From a plasmid, in sequence record NZ_CP109675.1: DNA of 64,000 nt; one strand, written 5' to 3'. Every line of letters begins with the position of its first letter. Position 1 is the stretch's first letter. The position numbers were made by a program, and so were the translations under genes. The notes below the pieces were generated by a model. The model was not told the origin of the DNA. It did not search any database and worked only from the letters and a program-made list of their open reading frames with translations. Below, in pieces: positions 18,112 through 28,004 of the stretch.

Positions 18112-19788
18112 ATGAAGAAAACCCTTTTGCGGCGCCTGCTGATGGCGTCCTGCTTTGCCATGCTCGCAGGTTGTACCTTCTCTGAAATCAACAAAATGCA
18201 GACTAAGGCACAATCTGACGCCACGGTAGCCCGCGCACAGGCACAGCTCCCGCGAACACAACATCAACAACCACTGACCTGGACGGAGCGTCAGTGGATT
18301 AATCCGAGTCCTATCCCGGTCGCCGTTCGTGAACGGAACCACCAGGCTCCGTCATGTAATATCACCCAGGCAAAAAATACTATTACGCTACAGGAACTGG
18401 CACAACGCATCACCGCGCTGTGTGGAACCCCCGTTATTTTTACTCCTGACGCCCTTGATATCAGCCAGAGCAGCGTCAGTACCGGCGTCACACGCCAGAT
18501 GAGTGGCACACTACCACCACCTGATGACAGCGGTCGGACGCCACTGGCCAGTCTGGGGGGCGTAACTTCTTTGCCGACTGGAGGAACCAGCCAGCCCCTG
18601 AACCTTACCGGACTGATGTGGCAGGGAGACCTGGGCGGACTTCTGGATCTGATGGCCAGCCGTAGCGGTCTCTACTGGCGAATGGATAATGGAACTATCG
18701 TGTTCTATCTGATGGAAACCCGGACCTATTCGCTGGCCATGCTGAACACTAAAACGTCCAGCACGTCGAGCGTCAGCTCAGGGACGACCAGCAGTATGGG
18801 AGCCACCAGTGGTACAGATAACTCCGCCTCCGGCGAATCCACAACCTCCCAGAGCACAACCACGGGGCAGGAATACGATTTGTATGCTGATCTGCGAAAA
18901 GCTGTGGAGTCGATGCTGACCCCGAACAAAGGTCGCTACTGGCTGTCCTCCTCCAGCTCATCACTGATTGTGACAGACACGCCGTCAGTACAGGCCGCTG
19001 TGGCCCGTTATGTGAACGAGCAAAATCTCATCATGAACAGACAGGTAGCCCTGAATGTTGAAGTCCTGAGCGTCGGTAACTCACGAAACGAAGATTTCCG
19101 GATTGACTGGAACCTGGTGTACAAGTCACTGCACTCTGCTGGCGCCACGCTTAACAACGCGACAGGGGATCTCACTGGTGGTATTTCTGCCGGCGCGTCC
19201 ATTCTTGATACCGCTACTGGTAATGCCGCGAAGTTTGCTGGCTCCAGCCTTCTGCTGAAAGCATTGTCAGAACAGGGCGATGTCAGCGTCGTCACTTCTC
19301 AGTCCAGTACCGTGACTAACCTGACGCCCGTGCCTATTCAGATGGCAGATCAGACGGTCTATGTAGCGCAGTCGGCTACAACGACAACCACCGATGTCGG
19401 CGCCACCACAACGCTGACGCCTGGGATGATCACCACCGGTTTCAACATGACCCTGTTACCGTTGATTCAGGAAACAGGTAACGTTCAGCTACAGGTAAAC
19501 TTCAACCTGTCAGATCCACCGACCATCCGTAACTTCACGTCAAAAGACGGGAACTCTTACATCGAGATGCCATATACCAAACTGCGCTCTCTGAGCCAGA
19601 AGGCAAATCTCCGGGCCGGGCAATCGCTGATCCTCACTGGTTTTGATCAGAACAATACCTCCGTCAATAAATCCGGCACCTTTACGCCAGGGAACCCGCT
19701 CCTGGGCGGAAGTCAGTCAGGTAAAAACGAACGGACCACTCTGGTCATCGTGATCACACCGACATTCCCGCAAAGTTCCGGAGGCTGA
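18112..19788 (+). CDS. pilN: PilN, lipoprotein secretin
   Basis: Lipobox LAGC. Ser/Thr-rich middle region. Secretin C-terminal signature (NERTTLVIVITPTF). 558 aa versus 560 aa in R64. Confidence 0.85.
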   Translation: MKKTLLRRLLMASCFAMLAGCTFSEINKMQTKAQSDATVARAQAQLPRTQHQQPLTWTERQWINPSPIPVAVRERNHQAPSCNITQAKNTITLQELAQRITALCGTPVIFTPDALDISQSSVSTGVTRQMSGTLPPPDDSGRTPLASLGGVTSLPTGGTSQPLNLTGLMWQGDLGGLLDLMASRSGLYWRMDNGTIVFYLMETRTYSLAMLNTKTSSTSSVSSGTTSSMGATSGTDNSASGESTTSQSTTTGQEYDLYADLRKAVESMLTPNKGRYWLSSSSSSLIVTDTPSVQAAVARYVNEQNLIMNRQVALNVEVLSVGNSRNEDFRIDWNLVYKSLHSAGATLNNATGDLTGGISAGASILDTATGNAAKFAGSSLLLKALSEQGDVSVVTSQSSTVTNLTPVPIQMADQTVYVAQSATTTTTDVGATTTLTPGMITTGFNMTLLPLIQETGNVQLQVNFNLSDPPTIRNFTSKDGNSYIEMPYTKLRSLSQKANLRAGQSLILTGFDQNNTSVNKSGTFTPGNPLLGGSQSGKNERTTLVIVITPTFPQSSGG

Positions 19789-19789
19789 A

Positions 19790-21094
19790 ATGAAGGATGA
19801 GGATTACCTGTTTACAATCCGGGATGGAAAATCCCGCAGCCGTTACTGGCTGGCGGGGATGGACTGGGCGCCAACGGAAAGACAAAAATTTCGGCTGCCG
19901 CCATTTCAACCAATAAAATCACGTTCCGGAAGAACAGACGGCATCGGCGTCCACACCTCAACAGGACAGTTCAATAAACGGGACACAGGGCAATCAGTCG
20001 CTGGGAGTGGCAGATTGCCCGTCCGTCATCGCCGTCACCAGCTCTTTTCGCTGGCACTCGCGTTCTGTGCCAGCACACGAAATGGATACGGCATTTATCG
20101 GTTGAGTAGTACCGACTTCGTGTTTCTGGCCAGTATTAATGGTGTGCCTGCCGTCACTGCCGATAAAACAGGGAGTGCGGACAAAATGCAGGGGCTGCTG
20201 ACACTGTTCCTGAGCATGAACGAACCGCCCCCAGAAGGCTGGGTCTGTCTGGCATCAGTGGAAAACCCCCTTGATGCTAACAGCCTCTTTGCCGGACTAT
20301 CTGCACGCAGGCGACAGCAATGCCGTGTGCATGTAGATGGACTCCGGAGGCAGCGCTGGTTACTGGCTTGCGCGATACTGCTGCTCAGCACAGGCGCCAT
20401 TGCCTGGTGGCAGACGGCCACACCACCGGAGGAACCGGTACTCACCGCTGAAGAAATACAGGCCAGGGCGCGCGCAATGTTCGCCAGTCAGGCAAAACCT
20501 AAGGTTTTGCCTCATCCCTGGGCACGCGAGGTAACAGCCCAGGCTCTGATTGATGATTGTCAGAGAAAGACCGATCCGGCGCTACATGTTCTGGGGAGCT
20601 GGAAACTGGCATCCGGGACCTGTTCTCCTGACGGTATAACCCTTTTGTACCAGATTATGCCCGGTGGCACAGTCGAGGGGTTTCTCGCTCGCAGTCAGGA
20701 AGTCTTCGGTGTCACGCCAGTATTCAATCTTAAGGAGGGGGGGCGGGAAGCCCGAATTTCATTACCGCCCCCGGACAGACCACTCAGGGATGAAGCAGTG
20801 CCTGACAGTTCATTGCAGCTCATCCGCATCCTATCCTGGTTCCAGCGTCAGCAAATCACACTCAACATCACCGATGTAGCCATGCCTCCAGTCCTGCCGG
20901 GGTCGAACGGAGAACCGCCTCCTGTGCAGGACTGGCAGGAATACGCGTTTAGTTTTTCCGCGCCCCTCCCCGCCATCATCTTATTCGACGGTCTGGATGA
21001 AACTGGTATCCGACTTACCCGTTTAACATTCGAGCTGAACGGAAGTGCGTTCAGCTATACCACTGAAGGTAAAATTTATGCGTCAGCAAAGTAA
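19790..21094 (+). CDS. pilO: PilO
   Basis: 434 aa (R64 PilO is 431). Start overlaps the pilN stop region. Called by synteny. Confidence 0.65.
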   Translation: MKDEDYLFTIRDGKSRSRYWLAGMDWAPTERQKFRLPPFQPIKSRSGRTDGIGVHTSTGQFNKRDTGQSVAGSGRLPVRHRRHQLFSLALAFCASTRNGYGIYRLSSTDFVFLASINGVPAVTADKTGSADKMQGLLTLFLSMNEPPPEGWVCLASVENPLDANSLFAGLSARRRQQCRVHVDGLRRQRWLLACAILLLSTGAIAWWQTATPPEEPVLTAEEIQARARAMFASQAKPKVLPHPWAREVTAQALIDDCQRKTDPALHVLGSWKLASGTCSPDGITLLYQIMPGGTVEGFLARSQEVFGVTPVFNLKEGGREARISLPPPDRPLRDEAVPDSSLQLIRILSWFQRQQITLNITDVAMPPVLPGSNGEPPPVQDWQEYAFSFSAPLPAIILFDGLDETGIRLTRLTFELNGSAFSYTTEGKIYASAK

Positions 21095-21593
21095 ATTTCT
21101 TCGGCAGGCGACACTCTGGCTCCTGCTGCCAATATTCGGGCCTTTACCCGTTCAGGCCTCTCAGTCCACGAACCAGCAGGTATCACCGCCAGCAGGGAAC
21201 GTGATACCCGGTGTGACAAAGGGACAGCTTGAACAGCTGCATATCCGAAACGTCATTCTTCAGGCAGAAGTTCAGGGCGCGCAACTGCAGCGCCAGCTTG
21301 AGGAAAATCAATCCAGCGTCGGCACTCCTGCCACCGCTCTTCCCGGTGCCTCCTTCGGCGATACTTCACTGCCTGGCCAGCCTGCACGTCCGGTTACTGT
21401 GAGTAATCGCCCTGTCGTGCTGGAGATTAACGGCCGCGATAAAAACCTCCGCGCCACACTACAACTGCAATCAGGACTGTCATTGGTCGTATCACCCGGA
21501 AGCCGTATTCCAGGAATGGAGAGCACAGTCAAAAGCATTACCTTAGCCGGAGTCACACTCAGCGATGGCACACTGCTTGCCTTTGGGGACTAA
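21078..21593 (+). CDS. pilP: PilP, periplasmic/inner-membrane pilus assembly protein
   Basis: ATG at 21078 with RBS gaaggtaaaa. N-terminal signal/anchor (ATLWLLLPIFGPLPVQA). Called by synteny. Confidence 0.6.
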   Translation: MRQQSKFLRQATLWLLLPIFGPLPVQASQSTNQQVSPPAGNVIPGVTKGQLEQLHIRNVILQAEVQGAQLQRQLEENQSSVGTPATALPGASFGDTSLPGQPARPVTVSNRPVVLEINGRDKNLRATLQLQSGLSLVVSPGSRIPGMESTVKSITLAGVTLSDGTLLAFGD

Positions 21594-21595
21594 CC

Positions 21596-23155
21596 ATGAG
21601 CGCTATTACTGCAGAATCTCTTCTGCTGTTTGATGACGGTGACAGGAAAGAAATCCTCATTGATACCAACCAGCGAGTCGACCCAGGTGTACAGGCCGCG
21701 CTGATGGACTTAATGAACAAACATCCGGGGATCAAACATCGGTTTGTCACTCTCTCAGACTTACGAGAGGCGCGAAAAAAGCAGGAAGCTCAACCTCAGG
21801 CCAGCGATAAGACAGGATTAACTCTGGCAGACCTGGATGGAGACAGCAGCCAAAGTGAACAACGGATCCTGAACTATTTTTCAGTGGCCAAAAAGCTCGG
21901 TTCCTCAGATATTCACTTTCTCATTTCAGATTCACTCTTCCAGGTCAAAATGCGCGTCCACGGCTATTTGCATGTGGTGGATGAACGTCGGCGGGAGGAA
22001 GGTATATCCCTCTGTGCCACCTGTATTCTCTCGATGTCGGATGTGTCAGAAACCAGCTTCTACCCACACCGGGAACAGGATGCACGACTCTCCCCGGCAA
22101 TGATGCGGAAAATAGGTCTGTTTGGTGCCCGCTACAGTCACCGCCCAACTGGCGATGGGCTGATTGCGGTTATGCGACTTATTCCGGATGACGGTAACAA
22201 CGTACCTGACTTCCTGCAACTGGGTTATCTACCCGAACAAATCAAGCTGCTTAAACGCATGATTGACCGACCTGAAGGTAAGATCATCCTCTCGGGGCCA
22301 ACTGGTTCCGGTAAATCCACCACGCTCCGTACCGCCTGCCGTGAATATCTGGATACCAACCCCGGGCAACACCTTCTGACCATCGAAGACCCACTTGAGG
22401 GGCAGGTCGTGGGAGCTGTTCAGACGCCAATCATCTGCGACAAATCAGATGAGGAAGCAGTACGTATCGCCTGGGGAAAAGCTATCTCGTCAGCGCTGCG
22501 ACTGGATCCGGACGCCATTATGGAGGGTGAAATGCGTGACCTTGTCTCGATGCTGGCCACCATTTATGCCGCCCAGACCGGACACCTGGTGATGACAACC
22601 CTGCACACAAACTCAGCACTCGGCATCCCGGAGCGTATGGTTACGCTCGGTGTTAACGAAAATCTGTTGTGTGATGCCCAGCTTTTAATCGGATTAATCA
22701 GTCAGCGTCTGGTACCCACACTATGTCCGGAATGCCGTATATCCTGGCAGGATAAGGTCAACACCTTAAGTGACGAGGAAAAGAACTGGCTGGAGAAATA
22801 CTGCAATATTGAAGGCGTCTGCTCGACCGACAGGCTCTATTTCCATAACCCGGACGGGTGTGAAGCATGCACACAGGTAGTGGAGATCAACGGCCAGGTG
22901 CGTGGCAAAGTCGGTCAGGGTATCAGGGGACGTACCGTCATTGCCGAGGTTATCGAGACCAATAACCGTCTTTTTAAGCTGCTGAAAACTGACGGCAAGG
23001 TTGCGGCTCGCCAGTTCTGGATAAACAACATGCAGGGGATCAGCCGTGTCCGGCACGTTCTGCATAAAATCAACGAGGGGCTGGTCGACCCGCTGATGGC
23101 CAACCGGATCATTCCACTCGATGAAGATGAACGTCTGGAGGTGGATGATGCGTGA
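21596..23155 (+). CDS. pilQ: PilQ, GspE/PilB-family assembly ATPase
   Basis: Walker A GPTGSGKST. Asp box and His box. Tetracysteine motif CPEC ... C..C. 519 aa versus 517 aa in R64. Confidence 0.9.
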   Translation: MSAITAESLLLFDDGDRKEILIDTNQRVDPGVQAALMDLMNKHPGIKHRFVTLSDLREARKKQEAQPQASDKTGLTLADLDGDSSQSEQRILNYFSVAKKLGSSDIHFLISDSLFQVKMRVHGYLHVVDERRREEGISLCATCILSMSDVSETSFYPHREQDARLSPAMMRKIGLFGARYSHRPTGDGLIAVMRLIPDDGNNVPDFLQLGYLPEQIKLLKRMIDRPEGKIILSGPTGSGKSTTLRTACREYLDTNPGQHLLTIEDPLEGQVVGAVQTPIICDKSDEEAVRIAWGKAISSALRLDPDAIMEGEMRDLVSMLATIYAAQTGHLVMTTLHTNSALGIPERMVTLGVNENLLCDAQLLIGLISQRLVPTLCPECRISWQDKVNTLSDEEKNWLEKYCNIEGVCSTDRLYFHNPDGCEACTQVVEINGQVRGKVGQGIRGRTVIAEVIETNNRLFKLLKTDGKVAARQFWINNMQGISRVRHVLHKINEGLVDPLMANRIIPLDEDERLEVDDA

Positions 23156-24242
23156 AATGCACTTCCTGAAACGACTCCGATATAACCTGGTCCGTAAGAC
23201 GTTCAGCGGTCAGTATCGTGTTCAGTTCTATGATGCGCTGCGGTTTCTGATTGAAAACCGACAGAAACTAAAGCCTTCACTGGAGAAAATGCGCAATGCA
23301 TGGACGAACTTCGGCCAGAACTGGCATCCCTACGTTGAGCTGACGGACGACTGTATTGATGCGTTAAGGGAAAACAGCGGCGAAAAAACGCTGGAGCGCA
23401 CCCTCACCCGGTGGCTACCTGCCGCAGAAGCTTCCGTTATAAGCGCCGGCATACGCAGTGAGTCACTTCCACGCTCACTAAGATACGCCTGTGCCCTGAC
23501 CCACGCGGGTAAGCGTATTCGCGCAGCTGTATGGCAGATGGCCATCTATCCGATTGGTTTTGCCATCATGTTGTCCAGTTCCATCTATGTACTGAATGCC
23601 GAACTACTTCCTACGCTGACAGAAATCAGCCCGCCAGAGAACTGGACCGGGGCGCTAGGGTTTCTTTACGGGATCTCAGTGTATTTCAGTGAGTATGGAG
23701 TGATAACCGGCATCGCCGCCACCGCTTTAATTATCTGGACGGTCTGGTCACTCCCGCGCTGGCATCGCCCTGACAGGCTTCGTCGTATATTCGACGGGCT
23801 GATGCCATGGTCGGTTTATAAGGATATTCAGGGCGCGACCTTCCTGTTGAATATCGGTGCACTGCTACAGTCCGGCGTAAGAACCAAAGACGCGCTGGAG
23901 ATCCTGCTGGAAACGGCATCCCCCTGGCTTGCTGTGCGTATTGATGCGATTACCGAACATGTGCGTGAAGGTAAACATTTCGGACTGGCCCTGAAGGACT
24001 GTGGTTACGATTTTCCGTCGCAGGAAGCGGCCAACTTCCTCTCCCTTTTGCAGGGTGATGGAGACGATGAAATCATCATTAACTACGGACAGCGCTGGCT
24101 TGAACAAACCCTGGAGCGCGTAGCAAAGCGCGCTGTTGTAATCCGCGGACTCATGTTCCTGGCAATGATCCTGATGCTTCTGCTTCTGGTCCTTGTCGTT
24201 ATGGATATTAATGCCCTTAACAGCTCGTCGGGCTCTTTTTAA
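23145..24242 (+). CDS. pilR: PilR, GspF/PilC-family polytopic inner-membrane platform protein
   Basis: ATG ATG at 23145 overlaps the pilQ stop, after the RBS tggagg. Multiple TM helices. Size matches R64 PilR. Confidence 0.8.
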   Translation: MMREMHFLKRLRYNLVRKTFSGQYRVQFYDALRFLIENRQKLKPSLEKMRNAWTNFGQNWHPYVELTDDCIDALRENSGEKTLERTLTRWLPAAEASVISAGIRSESLPRSLRYACALTHAGKRIRAAVWQMAIYPIGFAIMLSSSIYVLNAELLPTLTEISPPENWTGALGFLYGISVYFSEYGVITGIAATALIIWTVWSLPRWHRPDRLRRIFDGLMPWSVYKDIQGATFLLNIGALLQSGVRTKDALEILLETASPWLAVRIDAITEHVREGKHFGLALKDCGYDFPSQEAANFLSLLQGDGDDEIIINYGQRWLEQTLERVAKRAVVIRGLMFLAMILMLLLLVLVVMDINALNSSSGSF

Positions 24243-24255
24243 ATGAGGAAACATC

Positions 24256-24870
24256 ATGCAATTTAATTCTGAACCAACTTCTCAGCCATACAAACCAACT
24301 AAGGCGCTTTCGCAACACCGCGGCTGGGGCTTCCTGGAGCAGGGCAGCATCGCGCTAATCGTACTGGTCGTCATCGGGATCGTCCTGGCGGGATACTTCG
24401 CCCTCAAAAATAACGTCAACGTAGGTAAGGAGTCGTCGAACATTCAGTCGCTCATCACAAGCACCCAGAACATGATGAAAGGAGGAGATGGATACACATT
24501 CACTTCCGGTGCCAAAATGATGGGCTCGCTTATCCAGATGAAACTTCAGCCTAAAAGTATGACTGTACGTGGTACCCCCTCTTCCGGCACCGCCACGCTT
24601 TATAATGGATGGGGTGGAGCCGTGACACTGTCACCTGTCACAGTCTCCGGGTTCTCAAATGGATTCTCTTTGACCTACGAAATGGTTCCTCAGGGTGCCT
24701 GCGTCTCGCTCGTCACAGCACTCAGTCGCGCCAAAATTGCTGATGCGATCACCATCAACTCCACGGCGCACAGTGATGGGGTTGTGACAACTGAAGAAGC
24801 CAGCGCGCAATGCACAGCTGACAATGGCAGCACAGGTACCAACAAGCTGATCTTCACGATGAACAGCTAA
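24256..24870 (+). CDS. pilS: PilS, type IVb prepilin (major thin-pilus subunit)
   Basis: Long basic leader ending HRG|W, followed by a hydrophobic helix (GSIALIVLVVIGIVLAGYFAL). 204 aa. RBS gagg. Confidence 0.8.
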   Translation: MQFNSEPTSQPYKPTKALSQHRGWGFLEQGSIALIVLVVIGIVLAGYFALKNNVNVGKESSNIQSLITSTQNMMKGGDGYTFTSGAKMMGSLIQMKLQPKSMTVRGTPSSGTATLYNGWGGAVTLSPVTVSGFSNGFSLTYEMVPQGACVSLVTALSRAKIADAITINSTAHSDGVVTTEEASAQCTADNGSTGTNKLIFTMNS

Positions 24871-24879
24871 GGAGACAAC

Positions 24880-25437
24880 ATGCGGAGAGAACGCATTCTC
24901 TCCTGCCGCCTGGTAATGACGCTGCTCATTCTGTCCTTTTCCTCCGGCCCATTGATGGCCAGCACGAACTCCCCGCCTGCGACTTTTGATGCCTGCTTTA
25001 ACAATGCCGGTGCCCGATACCAGATCGAGCCACTGCTGCTTAAGGCAGTGGCCAAAGGGGAGTCTTCGTTCCGTCCATGGGTCACAAACACCAACCGGGA
25101 TAAAAAGGGTAATCCGGTCAGCACGGACTATGGGTTGATGCAGATTAACTCAACCCATGTTCCTAAGCTCGTCCGGATGGGTGTCATCCAGGGGGCAGAA
25201 GACCTGCTGAAGCGCCCCTGTCTGAACATTCAGATAGGGGCGTGGATCCTGGCCAGCCACTTTCAGGTATGTGGTGTGACCTGGAATTGCCTCGGGTCTT
25301 ACAACGCTGGATTCCGTAAGGATCGGCACGAAACCCGTGAGCAATATGCCAACCGTATCTGGGGGTTCTATCTGGAGCTGAAAGGTCTTCGAGTCTGTCG
25401 ACAGGTGAAAGGAAAGCGAATATGCGAACCATCATAG
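24880..25437 (+). CDS. pilT: PilT, lytic transglycosylase (SLT domain)
   Basis: Signal peptide plus SLT motifs (AKGESSFRPW ... DYGLMQINSTH). 185 aa, like R64 PilT. Confidence 0.85.
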   Translation: MRRERILSCRLVMTLLILSFSSGPLMASTNSPPATFDACFNNAGARYQIEPLLLKAVAKGESSFRPWVTNTNRDKKGNPVSTDYGLMQINSTHVPKLVRMGVIQGAEDLLKRPCLNIQIGAWILASHFQVCGVTWNCLGSYNAGFRKDRHETREQYANRIWGFYLELKGLRVCRQVKGKRICEPS

Positions 25438-26096
25438 TTACGAGTCTGACGACAGCATGGAGTCTGCCGTTACTACTGGGGTTCGCAATCATTGGCAGAG
25501 TCCTGATGTGCCGCGTGCTCGAATTTCTGGAGGAGCACCCGATAAACGTTAAGGAACAGAAAACAACCTTGACGGCAGGGATTTGGTTCTTCGCTACTTT
25601 CAGTATGATCGCTGCCCTTGCACCGGTTCCTGTTGCTGATCGGGCAGCTGCCATAGTGATGATGGCCTTCCTTCTTCAGGCCGGGAGCACAGACGCAGTC
25701 AGTGGATATCTGCCACGAACCTTCACAGTACGGCTGTTACTTGGGGGATTGCTCTGGGGAGCAGCATCAGACGTTTCAGTTGAAAGTATATCTACACAAC
25801 TGGCGGAGATCGCAGCAACAGTCAGTCTGATGGCACTACTGAGTGTCCTGGTAAACCGGGGCACTCAGCGTCTGGGTCAGGGGGATTTATGGCTGATAAC
25901 TGGCCTGACTGCCTGGATGGGTGGGAAAGATGCTGCACTGGTCACTCTGTTTGGAGCAGCAGCCTTTGTTCTCTGGCTGCTAACCTGGAATGTATCGGGG
26001 AAAAAAGAGGGACCGCTGGGACCCTGGCTTTGTCTTAGCGGGAGTATTTTCCAGCTCACTCTTCTGTATCAACCTGTATGGATATCGATTCTATGA
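25422..26096 (+). CDS. pilU: PilU, prepilin peptidase (A24 family)
   Basis: Polytopic membrane protein of 224 aa. Position and size match R64 PilU. Overlaps pilT and pilV. Confidence 0.7.
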   Translation: MRTIIVTSLTTAWSLPLLLGFAIIGRVLMCRVLEFLEEHPINVKEQKTTLTAGIWFFATFSMIAALAPVPVADRAAAIVMMAFLLQAGSTDAVSGYLPRTFTVRLLLGGLLWGAASDVSVESISTQLAEIAATVSLMALLSVLVNRGTQRLGQGDLWLITGLTAWMGGKDAALVTLFGAAAFVLWLLTWNVSGKKEGPLGPWLCLSGSIFQLTLLYQPVWISIL

Positions 26097-27430
26097 AAAA
26101 GCATGATCGTGGCTGGGCAAATCTTGATGTCGCTCTGTCGCTCCTTGTTGTGATGGCAATGGCCGTCTTTGGACTCACTAAATACAAGGACTGGCAACAG
26201 GAGAAAAACTGGCAGGTTGAAGCAGCCCATATCAGTACCTACGCAGCAGCTGCGCGTGGCTACGTCGGGCGAAACTATGCCACGCTGTTAAGTGCAACCA
26301 GCACTACCGCGCCGACAGTGATCACCACAGCCATGCTTAAAAATACCGGTTTTCTGCCGTCCGGTTTTACCGAAACAAACAGCCAGGGTCAGCGTATGAA
26401 CACGTACCTGGTCAGAAACGGGCAAAACACGGAATTGTTGCAGGGAATGGTGGTATCAAGCGGTGGAAGTGTATATCCGGCCAAAGCATTGAGGCTGATA
26501 TCGAGGGACATCAAAACCGGATTCGGAGGATACATCGATGACGGTAAAACTGCCACCGGTGCCTTGCGGACTTGGAAAATCCCGCTGAGTAGCTACGGAG
26601 CTACTTCCGGAAATGGACATATCGTCGTGCTCCTCTCAACAGATGAGTTATCTGGTGCACAGGAGGATAACGACAGGTTGTACCGTTTTCAGGTTAATGG
26701 CCGCCCCGACCTGAATAAAATGCACACAGCAATAGACATGGGGGGAAATAATCTGAACAGCGTCGGTACCATTAATGGTAAGACAGGAACATTCAGCGGA
26801 AATGTGAGTGGTTTAAATGGTATTTTTTCCCAGAATATTACAGCGGGAGCACAGGTAAAAGGAGCTACAGTCCGTGCTGACAGTGACATCAGCGCCGGAC
26901 GCAATATTACGGCAACAAACGAGGTCTCTGGTGCCACAGTTAAAGCAACAGGCAACCTTTCAGCTGGCGGTGTTTTGCAACTGGGTCAGGTAAACGTTGC
27001 AGGTATAGCCTGTTATCCGAATGGGCTGATAAGCCGTGATGCCAGTGGTGGCGTACTTTCCTGTCAATCCGGTGTGTGGAAGGGTACAGGCATAACCGAG
27101 GGTAATTACACTGTTCTCGGGACATTTAAAGGTTCTTACTCCGGTACGAATAATACAGGAAAGCAATATCGCCTGTACGTAACAGGCGGCAATCCACCTA
27201 GCAAAAAAATCAACTATGGAGATGCTGATAACTGCGTTAATACATACTCGCTCGTCGCTGAAGTTGGGGGGCTGTACGTTGCAAGAGATTTAAATGGCAA
27301 CTCTCAGTGGCAAAAATCAGGGACAGTGAACTTTGAAGTCCCGGATGGGTCTTCATTTTCTATTGTCTCAAATGGAATGATGTCTTACGGCTGTGACTAC
27401 GGATCGTTCACTGTCTTTCGTTTCCAATAA
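26078..27430 (+). CDS. pilV: PilV, minor pilin/adhesin with shufflon-encoded variable C-terminus (expressed orientation)
   Basis: Prepilin-like N-terminus (DRG|[21 protein letters not shown]). The ORF crosses the 19-bp sfx repeat at 27061-27079 (encoding CQSGVW). The 117-aa C-terminus is encoded inside the invertible segment. Confidence 0.85.
   Translation: MDIDSMKKHDRGWANLDVALSLLVVMAMAVFGLTKYKDWQQEKNWQVEAAHISTYAAAARGYVGRNYATLLSATSTTAPTVITTAMLKNTGFLPSGFTETNSQGQRMNTYLVRNGQNTELLQGMVVSSGGSVYPAKALRLISRDIKTGFGGYIDDGKTATGALRTWKIPLSSYGATSGNGHIVVLLSTDELSGAQEDNDRLYRFQVNGRPDLNKMHTAIDMGGNNLNSVGTINGKTGTFSGNVSGLNGIFSQNITAGAQVKGATVRADSDISAGRNITATNEVSGATVKATGNLSAGGVLQLGQVNVAGIACYPNGLISRDASGGVLSCQSGVWKGTGITEGNYTVLGTFKGSYSGTNNTGKQYRLYVTGGNPPSKKINYGDADNCVNTYSLVAEVGGLYVARDLNGNSQWQKSGTVNFEVPDGSSFSIVSNGMMSYGCDYGSFTVFRFQ
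27061..27079 (+). repeat. shufflon crossover repeat sfx (left)
   Basis: ctgtcaatccggtgtgtgg, related to the R64 sfx core (GTGCCAATCCGGT). A perfect inverted copy lies at 27935-27953. Confidence 0.8.
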
Positions 27431-27586
27431 CCTTGACAGTCTGATATGAGAAATGTGCTGGTTGTGTAACGTGTTGCAGATTATTTACCTGTACTCTGTC
27501 GTCTTAGCTTACCAACAGTCAAACTCCACAACTCTGAATGTTAGTGGGATTTAGCGATAAATAACGGCAGTTAAGCAGCCTTTTGA

Positions 27587-27940
27587 TCAGTGGTAGGTGA
27601 CGAGATTGAAACTCCCAGGTGAGCATCCGTAAGAGGGTAAGGGGTTTGACGTTACACTAAACGTCGATCCCGCTGGGATAATGAAGTTTATAGTTCCGGA
27701 TTTACTCCAATCTGAGTTAGCGGTACCAGCCGATGTAATGATACGTCCGTCAACCATACCTTTAAGATCCCATGTATTACGGCAATTGTCACCGTCTTTA
27801 ATTCCTCTATCTATAGTGGAAACGCCGCCGGAAGCGTAAACCGTCATCGGGCGGCCAGTATCGTTAACCGATGTGTAAGTGGAAACAAATGCCCCTAGCG
27901 AAGAGTAACTACCGTTATAAATGGAGCCGGAAATCCACAC
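27587..27940 (-). other. silent alternative PilV C-terminal cassette (pilV') in inverted orientation
   Basis: Minus-strand ORF of 117 aa beginning directly at the right sfx repeat (VWISGSIYNGSYSS ...). Homologous to but distinct from the expressed C-terminus, which ends ... [15 protein letters not shown]. This cassette ends ... SYGCSPGSFNLVTYH. Confidence 0.8.
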
Positions 27941-27953
27941 ACCGGATTGACAG
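27935..27953 (-). repeat. shufflon crossover repeat sfx (right, inverted)
   Basis: ccacacaccggattgacag is the exact reverse complement of 27061-27079. Confidence 0.8.
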
Positions 27954-28004
27954 TGTTATTGCATTTTTCGCACAAGGCTTTATTTTCTTCGCCTTTTGGG
28001 AGTA

